The position numbers were made by a program, and so were the translations under genes. From Eledone cirrhosa (lineage: Eukaryota): 64,000 nt of DNA. Location: the NCBI GenBank assembly GCA_964016885.1, contig OZ024743.1:158472001-158536000 (forward strand). Reading direction: 5' to 3'. Within the stretch, counting starts at the first letter, position 1. Every line of letters begins with the position of its first letter. Below, one piece after another: positions 1 to 11,749 of this stretch. The notes beneath the pieces were generated by a model. That model searched no databases. It saw only the letters and a program-made list of their open reading frames with translations, and was not told where the DNA came from.

Positions 1-464
1 GAGTTCGTTTGGGATGGATTTAATTTGTAGTTTGCTGGGAAGGATTAATGAGGATTAGTTAATCCATTTTTCATAGATCTCCGCTTTGTTATTATTTTGT
101 ATCATCTTCCAAAAGGGGAATTTCCTGTTTTTAAGCGATGTGTACTCTTGTGGTATTAATTTGTTTTTTATTTGGTAAGTTGTAAGTGTATTGGTGTCGT
201 GTGGTTTCTCGTTTGCTTGAATGGGATTTGTATTGTTATTAAACTGTGTTTTGATTGTTTCACATAAGTTGTTGATATTGTCGTTGATTTCATAGGATGT
301 GTATTTGGGGATTGTTTCTTCATTTGTTGGCGAGTATTGACAAATCAGTGTTTATTTTCTGCAGTTCTTGGAGTATCTCTTGATTGATGTTAATGAGAGT
401 GGAGTCTGTTTTTGTTTGAGTTGGCATTTTCAGTATTTCGTGTGGGAGTAAGTAATAATAAAAT

Positions 465-830
465 GTGGAGAAGAAACACACGATTTGGAATATATATATA
501 GAGAAAAAAACGATTATTAGGAAGAAAAATATTTTTTTTTCCGTTATTTTTTCCCGGGGTTAGAAAATGTTTAAAACAAATTATTTTACTTTCTATGAAG
601 TGACAAAACATTAATTAATTTATTTATTAATTAACAATAACATTAATTTATTTATTTATCTATTTATTTATTAATTAACAATTACCAGTTTCAGCATTTT
701 ATGCATTTTCAAATTGTGTGAGTGGGAGAGAAAAAAAAGGAATTTATGTTTGTACAAAATGTAGAACAGAAATAAAGTTGATGTTAAACATGCTAGAGGA
801 AGTAATGGAGGTAATGGGAAGAGGAAATAA
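465..830 (-). repeat. Old PLE pLTR-like repeat (same family as 20422-21135) with degenerate hammerhead
   Basis: Shares GGAGAAG..CACACGA.TTGGAATATA and GAAAAA.ACGATTATTAGGAAG...GTTAGAAAATGTTTAAAACAAA with 20422-20640. Minus strand reads TTGAAAATGCATAAAATGCTGAAACTGGTA near 682-712. Confidence 0.6.
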
Positions 831-860
831 TATTATATAATATTATATATACACATATAT

Positions 861-913
<53 letters not shown>

Positions 914-1170
914 CTTGTGTGTTAGGTAATTCCGAAGAAAAAGCAAAGGAAAAACGAGTGCTCTTTGTATAAACAGAGCTAAAAATATTTTAATGTTGAA
1001 AGTATGTGATAAAGGCCCAGGGTGGTTAAAATAAGAGAGAATGTTCAGGAAAAGATGAAGTCAATAAGTGAATAATATAAGTGTAAAATAAAATAAAGTA
1101 AAATAAAATAAAATAAGTGTTGAATATGTAAAAAAAGTTCAGGATGTTTATGTGTATGTGTGTATGTATA

Positions 1171-1251
<81 letters not shown>

Positions 1252-1292
1252 AATACTGTTGGCTTCTTGCTACAATAACTTCTATACTTTTC

Positions 1293-1323
<31 letters not shown>

Positions 1324-1536
1324 TTTCGTTTCTGAATTTGTTTAGCAAGATTCTTTATCTGAAATCGTGTGTTGAAACCGATATTGTTATACTTTGGGAG
1401 GGTCATGTTGCCAATAAGAAACACACGCACCAGTTGCTTTCACTTCAATTTATTATAATAAATTTATAATAAATTTATAAATTTATAAATTTCTGGTTGG
1501 TTGGTTGGTTCCACAACCAGATAGTTGTTTATATAT

Positions 1537-1581
1537 AGGCATAGTTCTTTCGTCACACACTCTGTGACCTCTTCAGTGACT
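1537..1581 (-). ncRNA. Hammerhead ribozyme in 3' pLTR
   Basis: Same motif as 5765-5809 on the minus strand, with one stem I mismatch (TGCCT instead of TGACT). Confidence 0.75.
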
Positions 1582-1775
1582 GGGGATTCCTTTCTTTGTT
1601 TCTGTGCCTCTCCCTTGTTCTGTCCTACGTCATTTTGTTTCTGTGTGTGTGTTGTGTGCTCAGTCTGCGCATGCGCCACATCCGGGTGTCTGTGTGTGTT
1701 TATGTTCATTTATTTATTTGTTTATTTACATGTTACTGGTTGGTTGTTTGTTCTATGTGTGTTTTCATTTTGTCC

Positions 1776-4700
1776 TTAATTGTAAGTTGTGATGTTGCTG
1801 TTCCACTCATATTTTCTATTTAATTTTGGTTGTAATTCTTTTATGTTTATTGCCTCTGTAATTTGTCTAAACATTGCGTCTTTTCTGTGTGTAGATTCTA
1901 TTTTTATTTCTATGTTCTCTAATTTACTCTTGCGTTCTATTTTAGCATGTTGGTAGAGTACAGATGATTCTTTATTATCTTGAAGGTCTCGCCAGTGTTC
2001 ATTTATCTGTTCCCCTACACTACGAGCTGTCTCACCTATGTACACTATATTTTTGTCTCTACATTGTCCTTCAGTACATCTTATGCTATACACTACATTT
2101 CTAGTTTTACAGTTAATATGGGGGCTTATTTTACAGGTTATACATTTCTTATCTATACATGGGGGTCTTTGAAAAGGGTATGTCTTGCTAATAAGTGTTT
2201 TTACGGAGGTACCTGGTCTTTCTACTATCTTAATATTGAGTTTATGTTTATTTAGGGCCCTTCTAAATTTGTAAGCTAATTCACCTCTAGGGGTTGTATC
2301 GATGAACATTACACTCTGGTATGAGTTTATTCTATTAGCCTTGTTCCTAGTTCTTTCTATTCTATTCCAAAATTTGCTCCTATACAAGGGGCAGGTCCCA
2401 TTTATGTCATTATTTACCATTTTTTCCCATTTGGTTTTGGTTCCTCTATACACTCTGATTTTATCTCTCTGATTGTAGCTAGAGAACTGCATACGGTGGA
2501 TGAAGTGTTGTATGTGTCTCTCCAGTTCTTCGGGGCTGCACATGCGGGACACATTTCTCATCACCCGTACCAAATCCGCAATCAGTATGTTGATTTTGGT
2601 ATGGTCCGAAACGGCCGAGTTTCGGTGGATCAGATGTTTGGAAGTCATGGGTTTGGCATAATGGGAATGGAGGATTTGTTTTTTGTTGTTAATGGTATCT
2701 AACCAGAGCTCTGTGTCTAGTACAGGTAATCGATGGTTGGGGTGTTTACTTGGGTAGTCTATAGTAACTCTAATGCTCTGGTGGATGGAGTTTGCTATTT
2801 GCTGGATGCTTTCCATTGTGTTTTTCTCTAGTTCCTGACTGTTCTCTAGTGGGGGTGTCTTAACTACGATGTTTATATCATCTACGTAGCGGGAGTACAT
2901 TATCAGGGTTAAGGAGTCTTCTAATTGTTCTTTAAGTTTAAGTTTATGTCTACTGTCCCACCATACCATGAATAAGTTAGCTATGTCGCCTGCAATGCTA
3001 ACACCAATGGCTGCTCCTTCCTCTTGGGCATATGCTTTTCCATTAAATTTGAACATATGTTCCTTAAGGGTTAGTTTTATGCTGGCCCCTACCGCATGTG
3101 CAATCATTTTCTTCAGTTCATCGTGGTTTTCGGGTGTCCGTATGGCTCTGGTCCACCCGTTCCATCTATCTGTGTGGGTTTTCTTGGCCATTGAGGTAAT
3201 GGTAGGTGGTCTGCCTCTTGCTGGTCTTGTAGGGCACAGGTTGCTAAGGTCATATGTGTCTAGGTAATTATTACTATAGGTAAGCTTAAGTAGGAGTCCC
3301 AGCTCACTGGTATCAATCCCACGGAACTCAACCTTGCTCTCACTGATCATTTCTACGCATTTCTCCACAGCAAAATCCACGTCAATAGATGGATAAGGGG
3401 ACACAACATCCATACTGCCTATTATGCAGTTTGTTAGGTCCCCAGATCGGTTACTCGCGCCGATTCTGCTGAGGAGGTCCTCCGTGCTGTCACATACATC
3501 TGGGGACATTTCAATGATGGGGCGTATGATCAGGGAGAGGAAGTAGGACAGTCTGTAGTTACTAGCAATGTTAGCTCCACAGACTGGCCGAGTTGGTGGT
3601 CCCGCGACAGGGTCACAGCCCGTTTTATGGTCTTTTCGAAGCCCATACAACGCCGGCACGTCATTGTTCCAGGCCTGGAAGTTGTTGGCAGTCCTTTTGT
3701 TGGGCTGCATTATATTCGTTCACATCACCATATGGGCATTGAGGGCTTTTTCTCTATCCTCATGCTCCTGTGGTGTTACCTCTCTTGTGTTAGTGATGTG
3801 GGGTTGCATTGCATGGATGTAGTTTGGCAGGCTGTCAACCGACATTCTGCCAGACTTGTCTGTTGGAAAGCATGCTATCTCTCCATTACGTGAGCGCTGC
3901 ATGAGCTTACGCAAGCCATTTTCAGATTCTTCTCCCAGTTGCTGGGCCTTCATTCTATTATGCTTCTTGCTATACTGTTCTATAATATTTCTAAGTTCGG
4001 ATCTAGCTATACTAAATTGTGCTTCTGTTTGTTCATCGACCTGCGACGGCAATTGCGTGCGTTTGTTAAATGGTAAAGTCATGGCGTGGACTCGTCGCAG
4101 GTCGAATAATTTATCGGAGGGATTATAAAACGTAGAGTTCCAGGCTGCTGCTTTATGTGTACTAGTGCTATTGTTATTGTTAGTTGTGTTGTTTCTATTT
4201 CTATTTCCACCAACAGCCTCATGGTTGTTTCTATGTCTCTCACAATTACTCCTGTCTCTCTCCACTGGCTCATTGTTGTTATCTACCCTATTTTGTGTGT
4301 CTGTGTGTTCGTCTTGGTTATTCTCTTTGTCCTTAGTCTCCCTTCTCTTTTTAATCCTATTACTTTCCCTTATTTCTGTGATTTCTGTGCTACAGTCATT
4401 ACTTGTTTTCTGTGTCTGTGTGTTTGTTAAGATGGTGGTGGTGGTGAGAGGCATTGAATGTGTGTGTGTTGTTGTTGTTGATGTGTGCTGTTGTTGATGT
4501 GTGTTGTTGTTGTCTCCGTGTGTGTTATTGTTGTTGTGTGTGTTGTTATTGTTGTTTGTGTCTGCGTGTCTGTTGTTGTTGTTTCTGGGTATTTTGTTTT
4601 TGTTGTTGTTGTTGGTGTGTATGTTGTTGTTATTGTTGTTTGTGTCTGTGTGTCTGTTGTTGTTGGGATGTGTGTTGTATATGTGTGTGCGTATATTGTT

Positions 4701-5441
4701 GCTTTTGTTTTTGTTTTTGATTTTGAGGCTCCAGCGTAGTTTTGTAAATGATTTTTCTATTTCTGACAGACAACTAATCATATTTACCTTCTTGAATGTC
4801 GCAAATTTCGGGGGTAAACATAACACAGACATCTCATCGTTATCTATTCTTGTGTTACCGTATATATTTGTGTTGTTGTTGTTGTTGTTGAACTCTTCTG
4901 TTAATGAGGTTTCGGCCTTATTTATACCGTCAATTTTGTCGGGATATCTATTGGTATTCTCTATAGTATCCTGATTTAGCTTTATCTGCTTAAGCCACTT
5001 TAGTTTCTTGTTAAAGTGCTTATCACATTCTTGAGTAATGTACTGTTCTTCAGGGCGTATAAGGCTTATAAATATTAGTTTCTCTCTTGGTGTGGTGATC
5101 CTAGCTATTTCTTGTATTAGGTTACGCTTATGTTTTTCTTGATGACTTAATTCTCTATAGATCTTTTTTATGTTTAGGATTAATGTTCGTTTTAGCCTAT
5201 CTGCTTGTTTTTTGGTGAGTTGTAATCTTCTAACGTCGGTGTTGATGGTGTTGGTGTAAACTCGGGATGAGGCGCATTCTTTTATGAAGTGTAGTTGTCG
5301 AGATGTTATGGTTTTTCGTAGACAACAGAACATGGTGGTTTTCAGTATCTTGTTAGCCTGGCTAAGGCTTACGATATTTCGTTTCTGAATTTGTTTAGCA
5401 AGATTCTTTATCTGAAATCGTGTGTTGAAACCGATATTGTT
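1776..5441 (-). pseudogene. PLE polyprotein: N-terminal region, Asn-rich linker, reverse transcriptase, Cys linker, GIY-YIG endonuclease; single in-frame TGA at 3722-3720
   Basis: ORFs 3720-5333 and 1776-3710 are in the same frame, and the frame stays open up to the junction at 5441. Motifs: PTDKSG, LYGLRKDHK, TRPV, SMDVVSPYPSI, GAAIG, RYVDD, LPVLD, HYAKP, CIDKKCITC, NVVYSIRC...VYIGETAR. Confidence 0.92.
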
Positions 5442-5764
5442 ATCTAAAAATAGAATCTACACACAGAAAAGACGCAATGTTTAGACAAATTACAGAGACA
5501 ATAAACATAAAAGAATTACAACCAAAATTAAATAGAAAATATGAACATCACAACTTACAATTAAGGACAAAATGAAAACACACACACACATAGAACAAAC
5601 AACCAACCAGTAACATGTAAATAAACAAATAAATAAATGAACATAAACACACACAGACACCCGGATGTGGCGCATGCGCAGACTGAGCACACAACACACA
5701 CACAGAAACAAAATGGCGTAGGACAGAACAAAGGAGAGGCACAGAAACAAAGAAAGGAATCCCC

Positions 5765-5809
5765 AGTCACTGAAGAGGTCACAGAGTGTGTGACGAAAGA
5801 ACTATGACT
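5765..5809 (+). ncRNA. Minimal type I hammerhead ribozyme in inverted pLTR
   Basis: AGTCA-CTGAAGA-G-GTCAC(agagtgt)GTGAC-GAAA-GAAC-TA-TGACT. Stems I and II pair, core is CUGANGA/GAAA/UH, stem III is minimal. Confidence 0.8.
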
Positions 5810-6368
5810 ATATATAAACAACTATCTGGTTGTGGAACCAACCAACCAACCAGAAATTTATAAATTTATAAATTTATTATAAATTTATTATAATAAATTG
5901 AAGTGAAAGCAACTGGTGCATGTGTTTCTTATTGGCAACATGACCCTCCCAAAGTATAACAATATATATATATATATTAGTCTACAAATACATACATACG
6001 CAAATACATACACTTATATATATATATATATATATATATAGACTAGTGTGTTTATACGCTTGTGTCTATGCCATGTGTATATTTATGTATTTGCACGCGT
6101 ATTTGTTATAATATATTTTTACTTATAAGCTCGTAGCCTTAGTATATATATATATATACACGTATATATATACATGTATGTATATATATATATTTTACTT
6201 ATATCTGAATGTATGTCTTTTTATATATTGCTATATATTTTTATATATTATTTTTCTTACCCTTCTTTTATATATTTTTTCTTATGTATATTTCTCGCCA
6301 TTTTTCCATCCTCACTTCCAATTTTTAACAGATTTTAAATCTCATTTCATATTTTTTATCCATAACAT

Positions 6369-6436
6369 CTCTGTCTGATGACCGATTCAGGCGTATATTA
6401 ATATTGTCTGGTATCCAGAAACCTTTGGTAATGGAG
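6369..6436 (+). ncRNA. Type I hammerhead ribozyme
   Basis: CTCTGT-CTGATGA-[imperfect stem II with CAGGCG/TGTCTG]-GAAACC(ttt)GGTA-ATGGAG. Stem I CTCTGT/ATGGAG pairs with GU wobbles. Confidence 0.65.
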
Positions 6437-6591
6437 TAGTTATATTTTGTGTTGTTCACCTAATTAAATAGCTCTGTTCTATACATAGAGCACTCTTTTT
6501 TCCTTTGCCTTTCCTTCGGAATTACCTAACACACACACACACCACACCACACACACTCACACACACGTGTGTGTGTGTGTGTGTGTGTGTG

Positions 6592-6730
6592 TAAAGGATA
6601 AACAGAAATAACAACACAATCGGTACAGTATATTGAAGGGATATATTAGGTTAACGCTTGATATAGCAGGAAAAGGGTCTTAACGTTTCGGACGCTACTC
6701 CTTCATCCGAAGAAAGAATGAGAAATAAAA
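6592..6730 (-). repeat. Neptune-type PLE 3' end with degenerate hammerhead (related copies 19440-19530, 20060-20200, 23197-23321)
   Basis: AACAGAAATAACAA...GATATATTAG.TT.ACGCTTGATATAG.AGGAAAAG is shared with 20068-20145. Minus strand reads GGATGAAGGAGTAGCGTCCGAAACGTTA. Confidence 0.55.
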
Positions 6731-7169
6731 TAGATTGGGGGGACGGGCGGGCTGGAATTGGAAAAAATGTCTTTAGATAAAAATAACAGGTCCATTCATG
6801 TTGACATCTCTTGCAAAACTGTTGGTGCTGGCGTTTTGTGTGATTTATGTTTTAGAAAAGTGGATGATGGCGCGCGTCTACCTGAAATGGGAAAAAAACC
6901 GTTGTGTAAAAAGAGCTATACTTGTGCACGTGCGTAAGCGTGTGTGTGTGTGTGTGTTATTATACGTCCGTACGAAGCTAAGAAGAAATGTGTGTGTGTA
7001 TATGTGAGTAAAAGAGTGTGTGCATGTAAGTACGAAGCTGTGACCAAAACTATGTTAATATAAGGGTGTGTATACAGAGCAGTGAAGGGAAAAGTGGAGT
7101 GAGTATAGATAGTCGGCCTGTATTAGTTGTACGAGATGTTAATGATCAAGAGAAAGCGATAGGAATCTA

Positions 7170-7345
7170 GTGTTACAAAGTTAAATGTTTATGTTCACAA
7201 ACATAAACATTTAACTTTGTAACACCAAGATATGAATTTCGGTGTTAAAATCGTACTCATCCCCATTCAGGGTTCTTTATTAAATCCTTTATTTCCTTGT
7301 ATGCCTCTGAGGAGTCTAACTTGGACGTAACATGTGTAAGAGCTT
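7170..7345 (+). repeat. Short hairpin (7170-7225) followed by degenerate hammerhead-like motif (about 7304-7342)
   Basis: Hairpin arms GTGTTACAAAGTTAAATGTTTATGTT / AACATAAACATTTAACTTTGTAACAC. Motif CTGAGGA-GTC(taacttg)GAC-GTAA-CATGTG-TA. Confidence 0.5.
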
Positions 7346-7552
7346 CTTATAAATATATTTTAACGGCTTGCTTCTCTTTCATCAATTTCTTCGATTATAA
7401 TTGCTCTGTTTAAATTCGCACACTAAATATTAACGCTTCTAATATGTAACCCTGTTTGCACAAGCATCGAGCACGAATGCACCTGCTTATGGCAATTAAT
7501 TATCTGTATCGTCTCTTTCTATAACGCTTCTTCTCTCTATTCTCTCTCACGA

Positions 7553-7603
<51 letters not shown>

Positions 7604-7776
7604 CAAGAGTAACCAATCTTAAAGAGAGAGATGGAGATAGGAGAGGAGATATGAGAGGAGAGATTGGTGAGTTAGTTAGAAGCCAAAGCGTAAAGGCATG
7701 TGCTCAATGTGCAATATGCAGTAGAAAGCAGCTAGGTGGCTGGGTTCATGCAGAAGTTAGGTGCGCAGAGCTGGAA

Positions 7777-8483
7777 ATATTCATTAGTTAAGCAAAACAA
7801 GACCACAAATTTCACAAGGAAGACATTATTAAAAGATTGTCAACATATTTTAGTTTGATGCAAGGAATGTAGAGAATAATGATAATAATAATAATAATAA
7901 TAATAATAATGTCCGTTTACAATTGTTTCGCTACTCCATATGATATTTCTGGATCAGATGACTATATATCATAATTGATCTGGTTCAGTTGAAAATAATT
8001 AAAATATTTAAAAGACAGAGTGGCTCATCGGAAATTCAAAGGCAGATAAATTAAAATAATGAGATAATGTTACCCATAGGCAGATCTTACACAATGCAGC
8101 CTCGACAGATGAATACTGCTTGATTATGGCTGACAACCGATGCAACCAAGACACCATAGCAAAAACCAATATATGGAACATTATATTATGTAACATTATC
8201 TCATTATTTTAATTTATATTCCTTTGAAGTTCCGATGAGCCACTCTGTCTTTTAAATATGTTAATTATTTTCAACTGAACCAGATCAATTATGATATATA
8301 GTCATCTGATCCAGAAATATTATATGGAGTAGCGAAACAATTGTAAACGGACATTATTATTATTAATTTTATTATTATTATTATTCTCTACATTCCTTGC
8401 ATCAAACTAAAATATGTTGAGAATCTTTTAATAATGTCCTCCTTGTGAAATTTGTGGTCTTGTTTTGCTTAACTAATGAATAT
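7777..8483. repeat. Large inverted repeat (arms 7777-8073 and 8190-8483), pLTR-like fold-back
   Basis: The roughly 295-bp arms are near-perfect reverse complements. The right end abuts (TA)n. Confidence 0.9.
8229..8348 (+). ncRNA. Hammerhead-like motif with greatly extended stem II (mirror copy on minus strand at about 7915-8035)
   Basis: GTT-CCGATGA-GCcACTC...(about 80 nt)...GAGTaGC-GAAAC-AATT-GTA-AAC. Stem III is palindromic; the core has U4->C. Confidence 0.55.
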
Positions 8484-8496
8484 ATATATATATATA

Positions 8497-9035
8497 TCAT
8501 CATCATCATCATCGTTTAACGTCCATATTCCACGATTGCATGGGTTTGGACGGGAGTTTTCCCACTTGAGGCAAGAGTGGTTGTCTTGCTCGCATAGGAC
8601 TCTCTGGCGGGTTTTCTACGGCTGGATGCCCTTCCTAACACCAACCACATTTACAGTGTGGAACTGGGAGGTTTTTACCGTGTTACCTACACGGCCACAT
8701 TACAGCGTGGACTGTGTGTTTTTTTTTTGTCGTGACACCTACACGACCTCATTTGTTTCGGCCTGGATGTTGTGGTACCAACATAACTTTACATAGGAAG
8801 GGATGGTGTGGATGGGGTGGGGGTAGTGGGAGGGGGGGGGGTATTTTGTTAGAGGTGCCTACTGACTGTAGAAGGTTTTACTTTGTATTTAGGTAAGGCG
8901 GGTCTTCTCTATTACTGTGTACTGCCAAAGATCTCGGTCCAGTGACATTGTCTTGGAGAGGTCTAAGTGTGTGAGGTCGGAATTTATCAAGTCGTCCCAG
9001 GTTTTTCTGGGTGTCCGTGGCTACCGTCTATTTTT
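8497..9035 (-). mobile_element. RTE-tail non-autonomous repeat plus RTE 3' fragment
   Basis: (CAT)n tail, CGTTTAACGTCC, TTCTACGGCTGGATGCCCTTCCTAAC. Minus strand ends in a GHPEKPGTT / W..I.SDL-type RTE C-terminus. Related copies at 46003-46290, 48660-48955, 51185-51370, 52070-52250 and 59990-60130. Confidence 0.6.
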
Positions 9036-9061
9036 TATTGCCCTCTATATATATATATATT

Positions 9062-9153
<92 letters not shown>

Positions 9154-9336
9154 TAAGTAACAGAGTAACGATGAAATTGCTGATGTTTTGCTCTTCTCCT
9201 TCTCCACCTCCCAATGGTGTTTTACATGCCATCACCACTATATTTGTGGTTATTTGATGTATTGTACTTAACAACCTTCTCTGCCCTCACACCACAATAC
9301 TTTAACATTTGTGTTTGTGTGAAAAATAAAAATAAA

Positions 9337-9371
<35 letters not shown>

Positions 9372-9374
<3 letters not shown>

Positions 9375-9545
9375 TAGCGGCTCTACGAGGAGTGACTCTC
9401 TGATCTCAGAACTACGCATTCTATCGGGTATCGTTAATCCAAAGAACATTCGAAGGAACCCCATTCCGGCCGTTTGTATTCACGATAGTATTCTTTCGGT
9501 CATTACCCAAGATTCCTGACCAAAAGTAAGGGTTGGCTCGAATAC
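9372..9545 (-). mobile_element. RTE LINE fragment
   Basis: Translates to TFGQESWVMTER...MGFLRMFFGLTIPDRMRSSEIRESLLVEPLL, an RTE post-RT region. Confidence 0.65.
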
Positions 9546-9589
9546 CAAATTGTCAGTTGCTTCTGACAGGACTCTACTTCCACGACTCT

Positions 9590-10035
9590 CTCATGAATAA
9601 GTGGGCGAAGAAGAAGAGTAGAAAAAGCTTTATGTATTTTTTAATGGGCTCTTTCATCCAGAAATGGGCCGAGAGAAGCTATCCCTGAAAGGTAGAGCAG
9701 AAGCTGTACCAATCGCGTACATCTTGTCTGTCATCTACTCCCAGTTGCCCGCCGTGTCTTGACCTGGTCCACATCTGACTACATAGGAGCAGTTACACTT
9801 TCGCTTTTTGAAGAAGGGACAGGTTCCACTGGTCAGGCGGTCCATTTGCTGTCAACACACGCTGGGTGCAGGATTGGACATGCTGTTTCCCCAATTCGTC
9901 TCCTTCACAGAGCTGCAGTCCTGGGTCAAGCGGAGACCACGAGGGAGCGCTTCGAAACTGGAATGTCTTCAAGCGCTCACAACCCTCAACCACTCGGGCA
10001 CTGTGATCGGTGGAACCTCCACCTTGGCGTTCTAT
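9590..10035 (+). mobile_element. Tx1/L1-like LINE ORF2 fragment
   Basis: Decayed R.LSLKGRAEAV and HTLGAGLDM motifs. Homologous, in inverted orientation, to 14485-14640. Confidence 0.5.
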
Positions 10036-10039
10036 AAGA

Positions 10040-11745
10040 TTCAATTTTTAAAAAAAATATCAATCCATCAAAATTCTTTGTGTTTGTCCTTAAGGCGCCA
10101 CTTCTACCTTTTCATCTTCCACATTCTTAGAATTTCATATTTCAGGGGGCCATAATTTGTGCACTTTTTTTCTTTTTCTTCTATATGAGTATCGAATAGA
10201 CAAGCTGGATCTATTAACTGACTCGTTTTGTTTTTCTTTTTGATTACAATGTCTGGTCTATTATGATCTAGCTGTTTATCAGTCTGTATGGGTAAATCCC
10301 ATAAAATATTGTAGTCTGCCGACTCCAATACTTTCTCCTGTTGTTGCATGTACCATTTGTTTGCTTTGTCAAATCCCCACTTCTCAAACAGTTTCTGGTT
10401 GATTACGTTGGCCACATTATCATGTCTCGCCTTCTTATGTTCATTTTGAGCATGTTTTGGACACTCTGAGACAATGTTTGTTATTGTTTCAACTGCACCG
10501 CCACACAATCGACACGGAGGAGATATATTTCCATATACTATTTATCTGATATTATTCGTGCAAATTTCCTGATTTTATGCTGCAATTGTTGTGTCCTCTG
10601 TTTCTTTTTTCAAATACCCCTTCTTTAGCCAATCTCATGATTTTATTCCTCTCACTTCATCTATTGCTTTTCTGAACTCCCTGTGTACTACTATTCATTC
10701 ATATGTAGTTTCATGTTCATTCCGTACCTCTTCTCTACTTTTGTTACCAGTGTTAATTCTAAACAAATCTGTTCCATTCACTTCTCTCCGTAACTCCGTT
10801 CTGTATGCGCGTAAATATTGCTCTAACCCATTTGTTTCTATTCTAACACAGTCTTCTATCCCAATCAAAACTCGGCTTCTTTTTACTTTTTTCATATATA
10901 ATTTTTTTTACTTTTGGCACAAGGCCAGCATTACTGGTACTTTATTTTATCAGTGCATTACTGGTACTTTATTTTATCTACCCCACAAGGATGAAAGACA
11001 AAGTTAACGTCGGCGGGATTTGAACTCAGAACGTAAAAGGGCTATAACTCCATAGAGTTATGGCCCTTTTACGTTCTGAGTTCTACAAAGCATGGCAATC
11101 GGTCAATTCAGCTTTGGGATGATGTGCTCCATACGTCATCAGCAGCTTCCTCGTTTTGCCATATAAAGCTTCCAATTCGTCCAATCTATGATGCCAGCCC
11201 CATATCTAATAATAGACACTGCTCTTGAGTTGATAGCAGAAATAGTATTCCCACCGTTGAGTTTTGATTTTAATATTCTCCTCAATCATTGTACATACTT
11301 TTTGATTACCAGAACCTTCATCTCTTGATGTTTTATTCCATCTGCTTCCAATTCTCCGAGATATTTATATCCTCTTCCTTTTTTAACGCATTTCATTATG
11401 TTACCATCTGGCATCGCAATTCCTTCTCTCCGAACGTTTCCTCTCTTCATAACCAGCACAGCGCATTTTGACAAACCAAATCTCGTTTTGGTAACATCTG
11501 AAACATATTCTAATGGCATTTACCAAGCTGTCTGTTTGATCTTCACTTTTTGCAAACAATTTAAGATCATCCGTGAAGAGAAGGTGATTGACCCTCTCTC
11601 CTCCCTTCTTTAGTTCATATAATATATTTGTCTTTCTCAACATCAGTGTCAGTGGAATCATCGCTACCACAAACAACAATGATAATAAATTGTCTCCTTA
11701 GAATACCTCACGTCTTATCTTCACATTTCCTAACCTTTTATAGCT
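10040..11745 (-). mobile_element. Decayed RLE-type LINE (R4/Dong-like): RT fragments, CCHC knuckle, restriction-like endonuclease; interrupted by a SINE at about 10905-11085
   Basis: RT-side motifs LFVVAMIPL, NHLLFTDDLKLFAK, FGLSKCA, YKYLG. C-terminal motifs CRLCGGAVETITNIVSEC, RHDNVA, ILWD.PIQTD, NRPDIV. Confidence 0.8.
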
Positions 11746-11749
11746 AGCG

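Larger units (their letters stand above)
1321..5965 (-). mobile_element. Penelope-like retroelement (Neptune-like), near full length, with 3' pseudo-LTR and inverted 5' pseudo-LTR, inserted in (TA)n
   Basis: Encodes an RT + GIY-YIG ORF. 5444-5965 (+) is the reverse complement of about 1381-1905. 5374-5443 repeats 1321-1390 directly. Both ends run into (TA)n. Each pLTR carries a hammerhead motif. Confidence 0.93.
921..6530. mobile_element. Older fold-back element in (CA)n/(TG)n, interrupted by the main PLE
   Basis: 921-980 is the reverse complement of 6470-6530. The outer flanks are (TG)n at 860-920 and (CA)n from 6530. A hammerhead lies at 6369-6436. Confidence 0.65.

Noticed and set aside
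1026-1469. ORFs rich in IYIYIY, YVCM, THTH, ERER or LSLS here and at 8.9, 13.1, 15-17.5, 19.8, 29.3-30.6, 52.8 and 63.5 kb
   Set aside because: Translations of dinucleotide and tetranucleotide microsatellites, not genes.
4155-4974. Hydrophobic Leu/Val/Cys-rich plus-strand ORFs resembling membrane proteins
   Set aside because: Antisense shadows of the (AAC)n-rich PLE linker.
8870-8900. TTTGTATTTAG|GTAAGG as another ratchet point (also 41135 and 59059)
   Set aside because: It lies inside an antisense RTE 3' fragment. The other two lack a pyrimidine tract.
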